Source: an uncultured Nitrososphaerota archaeon
GTDB lineage: Archaea > Thermoproteota > EX4484-205 > JAAOZO01
DNA length: 64,000 nt
NCBI GenBank assembly: GCA_964408285.1
Contig: CAYOYV010000004.1
Location: 69,950-133,949, forward strand
Reading direction: 5' to 3'
In this document: piece by piece, positions 20,537 through 31,209 of the stretch
How positions within the stretch are numbered: position 1 is the stretch's first letter
Layout of the letters: every line of letters starts with the position of its first letter
Notes under the pieces: model-generated
Seen by the model: only the letters and a program-made list of their open reading frames with translations
Database searches by the model: none
Told to the model about the DNA's origin: nothing
Program-made: the position numbers and the translations under genes

Positions 20537-23500
20537 TCACTGCTCCTTTTGCCAATGTCTCGATAAGGTGATTCTGAGCAGTTCCTCCCGCAAGTCATAG
20601 ACCATCTGTCTGATCAGACTTTGTTGGTCTCTGATCCACTTGTCCTCTGGGCTTGTCACGACGAGTTCGATCTGATAGAACTCCTTGGCGGGAATATAGC
20701 GAATCTTTACTTTGTAGCGAACTATTCTCTCGGAATATCCAACGAATCCCCTGTAATCAAGAAGCAGGGATTCTCCATCAGCCTGTCTCTCGCGCGAACT
20801 GATGTTCACGCCGTAATGAGTGCCCGAGTAGTGACGATCCAAGCCTGAAACGAAAGCTGAAAACCGGACAAGCTGCTCCTTTCTGAGCCTTATCGGTATC
20901 AACACTCTCCTTGAACCATCTTTCTCCACGTTGATTTCTCCGATATCTTTGCTCAGCATGATCTTGCTGGGGACTACTTTTAGTATAGCCTCCTTGGCAG
21001 GGAATACGGACCCGAGGCTTGTTACAATCAGTGAAACAACGAGGACAAGGAAGAGAGAAGTCAAGCTGTGCAGCTCCGACGCTATCTCGGGAGAGCTTAC
21101 TCCTATCCAATACCCCCAAGCATACCCCATGATGTAACCGGTACAAGCTCCAATAATCCCCAGCATTAGCCCCTCGGCAACGAACGAATACGTGATGAAT
21201 GCTGGCGAGGCCCCCAAACTTGACATTATGACCGATTCTTGTCTTCGTTCGTAGGTGGAGTTCAGAACAACGCTCAGGGTAATCAGCGTTCCGATCGACA
21301 TCAATATGATTTGAGCATACCAAGTGCCGAATATCATTGATTTCGGGAAATCCATCTGCAACGTCGTTGACCTAGACCCGCTTTCTATCATCGCTGAATA
21401 GGACGACATGTAACTCAATGTCATGGGTATCGGACCCATCTGCTTCGTAGCGCTGAGCCAAACCTTGTGGGAGGAGATCAGCGACTTGAGATAGTCTTCT
21501 ACTACTGGCAACTGGTCCTGTTTACCATGCTCGCCGACTAGGAGAATGACCCTATTGCGAAGACAGGGGTACTTGGAGACATCTACCTCGCCTATCGCCA
21601 ATACCGGAGTCGGAATATGAAATCGTTGATTGCCGCTGAAGTCCTTCTGTGCAATAAGAGTTGATATTGGCTTAGGAGGTGAAGTCAGGGAATCCCAGTC
21701 GGGGTCACCAATGAAAAGCTCCATCTTTTCAAGGTATTCCTCAAATCCATTTCCGTTGGGCAATCTCAGAGTTGACGGTGCAAATGACCCAGCGGTCACT
21801 AGTCTTGCCCCTTCAATCATAAGCGAAGATGGCATTGGTTGGTCGGGGCGAATCAGTTCCTCGTTGATGAATACAATTCCAGCCTTGTTTTCCATTGAAG
21901 GAGATTTTTGAAGCTTAAGTCCGCAATAGCGACATAGCAAGGTCAGGTTGGCGAATATCACTGAGCCGCTGAGACCTGGCGAGATGTGAACTGAAAGATA
22001 AACTGGGGTATATTCTCTCAATCCCAATTTTCTTGCGTTGAACATTGCTTCGTCATAGCTCATCGGGATGAAGCCACTACTCTCCTCGAATATGTCCCCC
22101 GTTGGTGTTCTCACTACGAAGTTGGATGACCACACATTTGAGAAGCAGACAAGTGTTTGACTGGCTGGCTCTGAGATAGTGGTCTGAGAAACTATTGGGA
22201 AAACCATCTTGAGCGTCAAGCTCGGCACGATTGCCATAGCTATTACGATGACGGTAGCTATTGTCAATGCTCCGCGGAGCTTTCTACTTTTGATCAACCT
22301 CACGGCATTCGAGAATGAAAGGCTGTATATTGACGCGGTTCCGGAGTACCTGAGAATCGCGATTGCAGCAAGCAGAAGGAAAACGAGGCTCGTGCCGGAC
22401 GAGAGGGCAAATATTGATGTATAAGGGCGAAGACTTGGGTCCGATAATGCCTCTGTCGACATGATTGGCAAGGAGAAACGCAGAAGCCTCAATCCTGAGT
22501 GGATCTCAAACATCAAGGCTGCGATTACCACGAACAAGAATATCGTCATCTTCCTGCTGCCGTTGAACAGGAAGTGAGAGATTATCGCTCCCATGACAAA
22601 AACAATGACTGATATGACAGGAGCAACCAATATCCCAGAAGAGAAAATCAGTTCCCTTATTTCGTGATGACCCTGTGAAATGAGTTTCAACGCTCTCTCT
22701 AAGGGGAAGACATCAGATGATCTCTGGAGTCGCTCGCCATTGATCCCGAGATCCAAGAGATCTGCGTTTGCCTGCTCGAACCTGCTCGCTGTCTCAGGCA
22801 GGAATATGCGCGTCTTATTGAGGAGCGTCATGTCATCGTTCATCGTCGTAGCTGCCCAGATTGAAATCTGTTCACCCAATTCAGGGCCGATTCCTATCGT
22901 ATAGCCCCTTGACAGATTCAGTCGTAATGAGAATGGAATGGAGATGGTCCTGTTGAGCAACAAGTCAGGAATCCTCCTGAGATACGATCCTGACAGGAGA
23001 AGGTCCGTGATGTTACTGCGAACTATCAGGAGGCGCGGATTTGACCCAGAGCCAATGACTATATGAGCGTTCTCTGACTGATCGAGCCATATCCCTGAGC
23101 CAAACTTCTCAAGGGGTGATAGATCGAGTTCACATTTCCTTGCTTGACTTGCTCGAAGTGTGAGATTGATGCCGATGATCCTCTGCTCCGGGGAATCCTT
23201 CTGCAGGAAACAAATCAGGGATGAGGAGAACTCCAGCTGACTTTGCAGTGTTCTTGCGATTGCGGATTGGGAGGGTGAGAACGAAACCAGTTGCCTGGTA
23301 ATGTATCGGTAGAGATCACCATCGAGTTGAACGTCCCATCTCATGGGCGTACTCAACCGACTGCCGCCCATGGATCCGACAATTGAGGTCAGGGAACCCA
23401 AATGCAAGCATGAATCCGCGTACAATCCAACCAAGACAAAATACTCTCTATACGATTCAGTGTATGGGACAGCAAACATCTGGGTGATTGTTGAGTTGGA

Positions 23501-23761
23501 GGAATGATCGACGCTCCACGGAAAAGCGAGTCTCTTAGACACAGATCCTTTCGTTGGGTAGGTCGCCGCCATGTTAGTTTCAAAAGTGAAATTTATCGGG
23601 GAAACAGATGTCCACTGGTCAAGAACTGTTCTCACATTGAGGACTATGACATGCTCCAGGTCTGAAGCAGTCTGTCCATAGGTGCTAGACGTAACCGTGA
23701 CTAGCAGTAACATAATAATTATGAAGAAGCACAAGGTAAAGTGGCGCATGGCGTGCAACAT
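20537..23761 (-). CDS. Large ABC-exporter permease with two FtsX-like domains (paralog of 7212..10328)
   Basis: Signal peptide, then FtsX motifs IKSRKLRGALTIATVIV and SSLGASPAFITYSFVAEGLMLGIIGA. The C-terminal cytoplasmic domain aligns with the first copy. It is divergently paired with the ABC ATPase at 24004. Confidence 0.75.
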   Translation of the reverse strand: MLHAMRHFTLCFFIIIMLLLVTVTSSTYGQTASDLEHVIVLNVRTVLDQWTSVSPINFTFETNMAATYPTKGSVSKRLAFPWSVDHSSNSTITQMFAVPYTESYREYFVLVGLYADSCLHLGSLTSIVGSMGGSRLSTPMRWDVQLDGDLYRYITRQLVSFSPSQSAIARTLQSQLEFSSSLICFLQKDSPEQRIIGINLTLRASQARKCELDLSPLEKFGSGIWLDQSENAHIVIGSGSNPRLLIVRSNITDLLLSGSYLRRIPDLLLNRTISIPFSLRLNLSRGYTIGIGPELGEQISIWAATTMNDDMTLLNKTRIFLPETASRFEQANADLLDLGINGERLQRSSDVFPLERALKLISQGHHEIRELIFSSGILVAPVISVIVFVMGAIISHFLFNGSRKMTIFLFVVIAALMFEIHSGLRLLRFSLPIMSTEALSDPSLRPYTSIFALSSGTSLVFLLLAAIAILRYSGTASIYSLSFSNAVRLIKSRKLRGALTIATVIVIAMAIVPSLTLKMVFPIVSQTTISEPASQTLVCFSNVWSSNFVVRTPTGDIFEESSGFIPMSYDEAMFNARKLGLREYTPVYLSVHISPGLSGSVIFANLTLLCRYCGLKLQKSPSMENKAGIVFINEELIRPDQPMPSSLMIEGARLVTAGSFAPSTLRLPNGNGFEEYLEKMELFIGDPDWDSLTSPPKPISTLIAQKDFSGNQRFHIPTPVLAIGEVDVSKYPCLRNRVILLVGEHGKQDQLPVVEDYLKSLISSHKVWLSATKQMGPIPMTLSYMSSYSAMIESGSRSTTLQMDFPKSMIFGTWYAQIILMSIGTLITLSVVLNSTYERRQESVIMSSLGASPAFITYSFVAEGLMLGIIGACTGYIMGYAWGYWIGVSSPEIASELHSLTSLFLVLVVSLIVTSLGSVFPAKEAILKVVPSKIMLSKDIGEINVEKDGSRRVLIPIRLRKEQLVRFSAFVSGLDRHYSGTHYGVNISSRERQADGESLLLDYRGFVGYSERIVRYKVKIRYIPAKEFYQIELVVTSPEDKWIRDQQSLIRQMVYDLREELLRITLSRHWQKEQ

Positions 23762-24003
23762 CAGAATGTGAGGGCTACATTCTTTTATGTCTTGCCTTCT
23801 TTAGAGGGAACTCGTCTGCCCGGACGTGATAGGCTTCCCCATCTTACCTTTCAACAGCCGCAGTGCAAGATACGTCATGGAGCTCGTCTTCTTTTGTTGA
23901 GTTTCCGTGCGCGTGTGGTAGAGGCCATTGTTGTTCACTAGACACCGGAATAGAAAGATTATATCCATCCGATCCAATTGCAGAACAATCCGTCAAGTGT
24001 GAA

Positions 24004-24792
24004 ATGCCCGTGTCGAGTTCAGCCGGGGAATTGGGAATAAGGTGTGAGAGAATCTGGAAGAGTTTCGGAGAAGTAGTCGCATTGGATGGGATCGACCTTA
24101 GAATGCCGAATGGTCTTGTGCATTCGCTGCTGGGCCCAAATGGCTCTGGAAAGAGTACCTTGATGAAGGTTGCCATCGGTCTCTTGAAACCTGACTCCGG
24201 AAGGGCGCTCGTAAATGGAATAGATCCAAGAATAGATCCAATATCAGTGAGGAAAATCGTAGGATACATGCCAGAGGAGGTGGTGGCATATGACAGTCTC
24301 AATCCAGCGGAATATCTCAGCTTCATAGCCAGCTTGTACGAGATGCCAAGGGAATCTCTGGAAGTTAGGTCGAGAGCTCTGTCCAAACTTCTTGCTTTGG
24401 AGGAATACATGTCAAAACCCATAGGGGAACTCAGTCATGGAAACAGGAGGAAAGTGTTGTTAGCGGGCAGCCTCATTCATGACCCGTCGGTTCTGATCTT
24501 GGATGAACCCTTCTCAGGGTTAGACCCCGAATCTGCGAAGATATTGAAGGAGGCATTATTAGATTACGCCTCTCGGGGCAAGACGGTGATCATATCAACA
24601 CACGTTCTGGAAATCGCAGAGGCCGTCTCGAAGCAGGTCGTTATAATGCAAAGAGGCAGGATTGTTGCGGAAGGTCCAGTTGACTCACTGAGGTCGATGA
24701 CAGGCGCAAAGGATCTTGAGGAAGTCTTCATTCAGGTGACCGGAGTGAGCGGAGAGATCCAAGACCTACTTAGGGCTCTGAAGGAGTTGTAA
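24004..24792 (+). CDS. ABC transporter ATP-binding protein
   Basis: Walker A LLGPNGSGKSTL, signature LSHGNRRKV, Walker B ILILDEPFSGLD. The ORF track extends to a GTG at 23863, and 24004 is the first in-frame ATG. Confidence 0.8.
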   Translation: MPVSSSAGELGIRCERIWKSFGEVVALDGIDLRMPNGLVHSLLGPNGSGKSTLMKVAIGLLKPDSGRALVNGIDPRIDPISVRKIVGYMPEEVVAYDSLNPAEYLSFIASLYEMPRESLEVRSRALSKLLALEEYMSKPIGELSHGNRRKVLLAGSLIHDPSVLILDEPFSGLDPESAKILKEALLDYASRGKTVIISTHVLEIAEAVSKQVVIMQRGRIVAEGPVDSLRSMTGAKDLEEVFIQVTGVSGEIQDLLRALKEL

Positions 24793-25174
24793 GAGCACGC
24801 GATCCTAGCTGTTGAAAACCGAGAAGGGTTACTCATGGAGCATCGGCCTCGAGATTGGTGGAGGGACGAATTGGGCGATCTTATCATCGAAGAACGCGGA
24901 TTTGACCCGCTCGAGGGTCGTAGCATGCCAGGATTGCACTCGTCAACGGAGATTGCGCAATGACTCATGACCTCAGCATTTGTAGGCACTTCATTCCAGA
25001 GTTGGAGCATATGCTGAAAGAAGCAGGAATGTGTGCAAGGGTTCTTTATGGCGCTCTCGACGATTCTAGGTACAATCTTAATGTCATTAGACGGCGATGT
25101 TTGTGGAAAAGGCATGAATTCTATGGACATTCCCAGACGTCAAACGCGGCTGAAGCAGAACATCCTGAGGATTA

Positions 25175-25849
25175 TCAACTGATTATTCTCCTTCCGCAAT
25201 GCCAACAGAACTTATAGTACAATTCATTTTGTTCTAGGCAATAAGGGCATAGGTGCTTGGCAATCTCCCTAGGTGCGTTCCCTGAACTGGCTTTCTCTCC
25301 CTTCTTGGAATCAATACTGCCTGCTCCTCTCCCTCCCATGCGATGATCCGGGAGCTTTTGTTGGGCCCCAACGAGAAGACTCTCGTCCTTTAGCTCCGCC
25401 AGACTTCGCTTTCTCATCTCAGGGATAAGTCCGTCCCCGGCAGATCCGTCCCCCATTCGATTGCATTGCGCAACGGTCGTATAGAAGCAGTTGAATGTAT
25501 TGTTTTGGTAATACAAGTTACCGTCTTCGATATTCGAGAGCTCTTCGATTCTGCCGTTACGCCAGTCCAACATAGCTAACCAAATCGTTGAATAGCAGGG
25601 ATTCTGACAAGAAATCGTCAACATGATATTTCCATGACAGAACTGAGAACTATGGTGCATGTACGTTCCAAAGTGGAAAGGGCGTTTAGAAAGAAGAGGT
25701 AGCAAGGCCTCTCTTCGATCACCTAAGAGACGGGGGTAAGGAGGGACATTGGTTATTTCAAGGTGGTATGTCTTGTAAGCTGAATCAATTTGGAAATCGC
25801 GATCTGCTTTGCCGCGGTACATCCACTGAAGAATCGGATTCGGACTCAC
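25175..25849 (-). CDS. Hypothetical protein with a C-terminal zinc ribbon
   Basis: CPYCLEQNELYYKFCWHCGRR at the C-terminus. 224 aa. Confidence 0.35.
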   Translation of the reverse strand: MSPNPILQWMYRGKADRDFQIDSAYKTYHLEITNVPPYPRLLGDRREALLPLLSKRPFHFGTYMHHSSQFCHGNIMLTISCQNPCYSTIWLAMLDWRNGRIEELSNIEDGNLYYQNNTFNCFYTTVAQCNRMGDGSAGDGLIPEMRKRSLAELKDESLLVGAQQKLPDHRMGGRGAGSIDSKKGEKASSGNAPREIAKHLCPYCLEQNELYYKFCWHCGRRIIS

Positions 25850-26583
25850 ATCGCATTTGATCCTGATCTCAAGAACCTAGACTCGATGGATCAACGAGAA
25901 CATTGAAGAGTCGCTGTCTTTACACCATTGATTTCAAAATCGAGAGCGAGATTTATGATGAATTGACTAGGTAGTTGGAAAAGGAGGACAATCCGTGACA
26001 CTGGATGATTGCGCGCTTGAACTAAGGATGGTATGGCAGATCACACCGACTTATCCTAGAACTCACTGGACAATTTACTCGATATGGCTCAAATGCCGCC
26101 AATCATGAAGTGACTGAAGTAATCGTCCGCCCGCGCCCTCCATTCAGGAGTCGTTCCCCTTCCTCGATCCACAGTCTCACCTCCTCCCTCGTCAGTTGGC
26201 TCTTCAGGTAATCTGCCTCATTGAAGTGCTCGAGGATCCATTTGCCTTCTTCGACTATGATTCTGCCGGCGATTCTCCTGTCCATACGGATGGCGCATTA
26301 ATTCCTTCAGGACGAATGCTTATATCTATTAATGTCGAAATAGAAAATATTGAATATATAGAGTATGAACTGGTGGCCGTCGTACGAGGATATCGAATCA
26401 AATAGACAAGCCATTACGGGAGATTTTCTAAGATATTCCGTTGAGTATGGTCAAAGAGGGGCGATCAGACGGCTTCAAGAAGATCTGAGTGGGAAGATGA
26501 TTACGCCAAGACAAACATGCGGAACTCGGGCTATAGCACAGCAGGCCTAAAACAAATAAACATCGAGAAAGGGGAGATTTGCA

Positions 26584-27966
26584 TTGAAGGTTCTGGTTCT
26601 GGGAATAGATGGGGCTCCTCCTAATCTAATCGATGAGTGGATCGAGCATTTACCAACCTTCAGGAGATTTAGGGAGAGAGGCATTTTGGGTAAAGTGATT
26701 CCTCCCATTCCAGCGCAGACGCCTGTTGCCTGGGCTACCTTCACGACTGGAAAGAACCCCGGAAACCATGGAATCTTCAGTTTTGCCCTGAGAAGTGCAG
26801 GGACTTACAAAAGAAAGATCATTGGGCCGGAGATGCTAGCATCCAAGAGCCTATGGTGCGTTCTGAGAGATAATGCGAAACGAATAGGCTTGGTCAACGT
26901 TCCCATGAGCGATGTAGAAGAAGTCAAAGGCTTCATCATACCGGGGTTCCTATCGAGAAGTGAAGGCATCCCTTACCCGAGTAGAGTAAGAGATAAGATC
27001 AGGAGAAGATTCAGGGCAGAAAAAATCGCTGGTGACTTGGGCGTAGAAACTCTGGAGCGAGTGCGGAGCGATCCAGCTCTCTTTTTCAGGAGAGTCAATG
27101 ATATGACGGACGAGATGGCTGATGTCTCGCTTTACTTACTTGAGGAGGAAAGTTGGGATTTCTTCATGATGGTCTTCATGGGAATGGACAGGATCAATCA
27201 CTTCTTCTGGAAGCATATAGACAAGGCTCATCCGAAATACGAAGCGAATGAGTATAGCCGGCTTGCCAAGGAATTCTACATCAAAATCGACAGGATAACA
27301 GATGCAGTCATGAACTCCGTCGATAATACCTTGGTGATTCTCTTATCAGATCATGGATTCTGCAGTGTCGGGAAGGAAGTGATGGTGAACAATTATCTAG
27401 AAGAACTGGGATTGCTGGAGAGAAGTGGGAGCGGCATAGATCCACGAAGAAGCAAGGCGGTTTCATATGGATACGGAGACATCTGGCTGAACGTTAGGGG
27501 AAGGGAGCCAAATGGCCTGATAGAACCCGGCGACGAATATGAACAGGTCAGGGACATGATAATCAGTCAACTGGGCAGAATAACAATCAAGGGGGAACTT
27601 CCATTCAAACATGTTAAGAAGAGAGAGGAAATATATCGCGGCAGCCACCTGAACGAAGCTCCAGATTTGTTGGCGATATTCAACGTAGGCTGGCAAGCTG
27701 TGAGAAGACCGGAAATTATGCAGAAAAGGGACTCGAAATCGTATATCAACGAGGACCCGATGTGGAGCGGAGGGCATGATGGAGCTCATGACCCCGCAGA
27801 TGTTCCGGGAGTCCTAGGTCTCCTAGGGCCTGGAGTGCAGGGGGAAAAAAGCATTATGGCCAATCTCTGTGACATGGCCCCAACAATACTGGATCTCATG
27901 GGCATCAGTATTCCAAATGATATGGATGGAATTTCTCTCGCAACGGCCATCACGAGCAGAAGATGA
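26584..27966 (+). CDS. Alkaline-phosphatase-superfamily protein (nucleotide pyrophosphatase/phosphodiesterase-like)
   Basis: N-terminal KVLVLGIDGAPPNLIDEW metal-site region typical of the type I phosphodiesterase/AP family. 460 aa, TTG start with SD AGGGGAG. Confidence 0.6.
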   Translation: MKVLVLGIDGAPPNLIDEWIEHLPTFRRFRERGILGKVIPPIPAQTPVAWATFTTGKNPGNHGIFSFALRSAGTYKRKIIGPEMLASKSLWCVLRDNAKRIGLVNVPMSDVEEVKGFIIPGFLSRSEGIPYPSRVRDKIRRRFRAEKIAGDLGVETLERVRSDPALFFRRVNDMTDEMADVSLYLLEEESWDFFMMVFMGMDRINHFFWKHIDKAHPKYEANEYSRLAKEFYIKIDRITDAVMNSVDNTLVILLSDHGFCSVGKEVMVNNYLEELGLLERSGSGIDPRRSKAVSYGYGDIWLNVRGREPNGLIEPGDEYEQVRDMIISQLGRITIKGELPFKHVKKREEIYRGSHLNEAPDLLAIFNVGWQAVRRPEIMQKRDSKSYINEDPMWSGGHDGAHDPADVPGVLGLLGPGVQGEKSIMANLCDMAPTILDLMGISIPNDMDGISLATAITSRR

Positions 27967-28052
27967 GATATTCAGCCCTTGCTGACTCCGCACTCGGATG
28001 CCGAGATCGCGGGCCAAAGCATAAATCATTGTGACCGCCCACGAGGCAGCCA

Positions 28053-28238
28053 ATGACGAACAAAAAGAAGGTTCCAGTATATATCTCCCGAGCTCTCTAC
28101 GAGAAAATAGAGCAGCAAGTGAGGGAGAAAAAGGGACAATTCAGAGGCGTTGAGGATTATGTATCGCATGCGCTTGGTAGGGTCATCCGGGAAGAGGAAA
28201 TAGCGAGAAGGATTAGAACCATAGGATACCCGGAGTAG
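28053..28238 (+). CDS. Ribbon-helix-helix (CopG/Arc-like) small DNA-binding protein
   Basis: 61 aa, KKVPVYISRALYEKIEQ beta-strand/helix pattern. The stop lies 2 nt before cysD. Confidence 0.4.
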   Translation: MTNKKKVPVYISRALYEKIEQQVREKKGQFRGVEDYVSHALGRVIREEEIARRIRTIGYPE

Positions 28239-28240
28239 AA

Positions 28241-29119
28241 ATGCGACAGATGGACAAAAACCCACAGGCTGAGCTTCCAGTTCGAGCCCCGGGCCAACCG
28301 TATCAATACTTGGACGAACTGGAGTCCAGGAGTATCTATATTATCCGGGAAGCCTACAGTAAGTATAGGAATAGACTCGCTGCTCTTGTCAGTTGGGGGA
28401 AAGACTCCACCACAATGCTTTACTTGGCTAGGAAGGCCTTTTTTGGTGATGTTCGAATACCAATCGTTCACATAGATACCTCGTTCAAGTTCAAGGAAAT
28501 ATACGAATTCAGGGGTGAGATCGTCAAAGAGTGGGACCTTAGACTCTTGATAGCACAGAATGAGGTGGAATTGGGAAAGGGAATGAGTCCGGAGAGGGGA
28601 AGATTCGAATGCTGCACTGCACTGAAGACGGAGGCCCTTAGGCAAGCAATGGAAGAGTTCAATCTGAAGGCCATTCTTTTGGCAATAAGAAGGGATGAGC
28701 ACGGAATCAGGGCAAAGGAGCGGTATGTTTCCGGGAGAGACCGAAACTTCAGATGGCATTACGAAAATCAACCACCGGAGTTGTGGGAACAGGTTAATGA
28801 TCTAAGGGAAACAGCGGGCGAAACACATGTCAGGATCCATCCAATGTTGCACTGGACAGAACTTGACATTTGGAGATACATAAGAAGGGAAAAAATCCCC
28901 GTAGTCGGTCTCTATTTTTCCGGAACTAGAAAGGTTGGATATAGATACAGGAGTATTGGTTGCGAGAGGTGCTGCATCCCGGTGGAATCAAACGCGGGTA
29001 CGGTGAATCAGATAATAGAAGAACTAGAAGCAACAAACGTCCCCGAGAGAGCCGGAAGGGCCCAGGACAAGGAGAGAGCCTTCATGATGCAAAAACTCAG
29101 AGCTCTTGGATATATGTAG
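28241..29119 (+). CDS. cysD: Sulfate adenylyltransferase subunit 2 (PAPS-reductase fold)
   Basis: PP-loop SWGKDSTTMLYLARKAF and the following conserved CysD region. An SD (GGAG) sits 5 nt upstream of the ATG. Confidence 0.8.
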   Translation: MRQMDKNPQAELPVRAPGQPYQYLDELESRSIYIIREAYSKYRNRLAALVSWGKDSTTMLYLARKAFFGDVRIPIVHIDTSFKFKEIYEFRGEIVKEWDLRLLIAQNEVELGKGMSPERGRFECCTALKTEALRQAMEEFNLKAILLAIRRDEHGIRAKERYVSGRDRNFRWHYENQPPELWEQVNDLRETAGETHVRIHPMLHWTELDIWRYIRREKIPVVGLYFSGTRKVGYRYRSIGCERCCIPVESNAGTVNQIIEELEATNVPERAGRAQDKERAFMMQKLRALGYM

Positions 29120-29137
29120 GTTCAATGATAAGAAGCC

Positions 29138-30343
29138 ATGAAAATAGTCATAGTTGGAGACAAGGATCATGGGAAGTCAACTCTAATCGGGAGACTACTA
29201 TACGATACGAACTCCATATCTCACGAAAAACTCGAGGACATTCGAAAGACGCGTCGGATGCATTATGGGGGGACTAGCGAATTGCAATTTTCCTTCATCA
29301 CAGATGCCCTTGAAGAGGAAAGAAAGCAAGGGCTGACAATCGAGACAACTCAAGCGTTCTTCAGCAGCGGCAAAAGGGAATTCTCAATAATAGATGTGCC
29401 CGGTCATAAGGAGTTCCTGAGGAATATGGTGACAGGAGCCAGTCAAGCCAATGCCGCAATACTCATAGTCGATTCGAAGGAAGGTATGAGGGAGCAAACC
29501 AAGAGACATGCATACATCTTAGAGTTTCTAGGCATAGAACAAGCGATCGTTGCAGTGAACAAGATGGATCTAATAGGGTTCAGTGAACGGCGATTCAATC
29601 AGATAAAGAACGATTTGGAGGAATACCTGAATCAAATCGGAACAAGGCCAAAATGCTTCATCCCGATTTCAGCCTACAAGGGAGACAATGTTGTGATGCG
29701 GTCCCACAATATGCCTTGGTATTCAGGAAAAACGGCTATCGAAGCTCTAGATTCATTTAAGGAAGTTCCCAGAGAATACGATTTTCGGATGCCAATACAA
29801 GACGTATACGAAATCGGAGGGGATAAGATATCCGTTGGTACCATATTGTCGGGTTCGCTCTCAAGGGGCGAAAGGGTAGGGATATTCCCACTCGGAGGAG
29901 AAGCCAGAATCCGGGGAATTATCACGTTTGAGGGAGATTTGGAAGAAGCTACGAAACCCAGAAGCATAGGCGTCATATTCGATGGAGGCTCACCAGTGGG
30001 GAGAGGGAATATCCTCTGTAAAGGGAGAAATCCCTTGACTTTGACCAGGACAGAGGCCTCGGTGATCTGCATGTCCGATGGATTGAGGGTTGCAGGCAAG
30101 TACGGATTCCGTTGTACGACTCAAGAGACAGGATGTACACTTGAAAAGATAGTTGAGAGAATAGACACAACAACCCTAGAAAAAATGGCAGGCGATTACA
30201 GTCTACGAAAAACCGAAATCGGGAAAGTCATACTTGAGTTTGAGAGACCAATTGCCCTTGAGAGATTCACCGCGCTCCCAGAATTGGGAAGATTCGTTCT
30301 TGAGCAACACGGTGAGATAGTGGCAGGAGGCGTAATAACCTAG
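29138..30343 (+). CDS. cysN: Sulfate adenylyltransferase subunit 1 (GTPase, EF-Tu-like)
   Basis: G1 [27 protein letters not shown]. 401 aa (short form with no APS-kinase fusion). Confidence 0.8.
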   Translation: MKIVIVGDKDHGKSTLIGRLLYDTNSISHEKLEDIRKTRRMHYGGTSELQFSFITDALEEERKQGLTIETTQAFFSSGKREFSIIDVPGHKEFLRNMVTGASQANAAILIVDSKEGMREQTKRHAYILEFLGIEQAIVAVNKMDLIGFSERRFNQIKNDLEEYLNQIGTRPKCFIPISAYKGDNVVMRSHNMPWYSGKTAIEALDSFKEVPREYDFRMPIQDVYEIGGDKISVGTILSGSLSRGERVGIFPLGGEARIRGIITFEGDLEEATKPRSIGVIFDGGSPVGRGNILCKGRNPLTLTRTEASVICMSDGLRVAGKYGFRCTTQETGCTLEKIVERIDTTTLEKMAGDYSLRKTEIGKVILEFERPIALERFTALPELGRFVLEQHGEIVAGGVIT

Positions 30344-30513
30344 ACCCGCCTGCAGAATTCCTCGATCTTTCCCCGTATTCGCAAATCAGTTACGTACTGC
30401 CGATCTGCACACCGAACAGGAAGTGCCAATATGCCTAGATAAATCGACAGTAACGGTTTCTTCAGGGTCGTCCCTCACTATCTGTTGTATAGAGTCCCTG
30501 TGGGCCTCTTCCG

Positions 30514-31089
30514 CTAGTAGTTCTCTGAGATCAACTCATAGAATCCTTGCGGATGCTTACAGGCCGGACATACTTTCGGTGCTTCCTTTCCTTCGTGGAC
30601 ATATCCGCAATTTCTGCACTTCCATTTTACAACCCTATCCTTCTTGAACACCGTGTTATTCTTGACGTTCTCCAAGAGTCTTCGATACCTTTTCTCGTGC
30701 TGTTCTTCCACCTCGCCGATCTGTTTGAATGAATCCGCGACCTCTGCGTATCCCTCTTCTCTCGCCACATCCTGAAATCCGGGATATATAGTTCCCCATT
30801 CCTTCTTTTCTCCTTCTGCAGCGGCAAGGAGATTCTCAGTGGTTGTCCCTATCTTCCCAGCTGGATAGCTAGCTTCTATTGTGACATCCCCGCCTTCAAG
30901 GTATTTGAAGAAAACCTTTGCATGTTCCTTTTCATTGTCTGCGGTCTCCTGAAATATGCCAGAAATCTGTTCGAACCCTTCCTTACCAGCAACGCTTGCA
31001 AAGTACGTGTACCTATTCCTTGCTTGACTCTCTCCTGCAAAAGCCTTTAGGAGATTCTTCTCGGTTTCACTACCCTTAATTTTCTTCAT
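30514..31089 (-). CDS. rbr: Rubrerythrin with a C-terminal rubredoxin-like domain
   Basis: Di-iron ExxH helices (EKEHAKVF, EEQHEKRY) and a C-terminal CRNCGY...CPACKHP. Confidence 0.85.
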   Translation of the reverse strand: MKKIKGSETEKNLLKAFAGESQARNRYTYFASVAGKEGFEQISGIFQETADNEKEHAKVFFKYLEGGDVTIEASYPAGKIGTTTENLLAAAEGEKKEWGTIYPGFQDVAREEGYAEVADSFKQIGEVEEQHEKRYRRLLENVKNNTVFKKDRVVKWKCRNCGYVHEGKEAPKVCPACKHPQGFYELISENY

Positions 31090-31209
31090 CTTTCAAGCGC
31101 CTACAAAATTGATTCGTTCTGAATGGAATATAAGCTTATTGTGAACAGGGAACGCCCACTTCCGATTCGGGAGCTGAATTACTGCAAGAGAGAGCTTGTT
31201 CAGCGAGTT

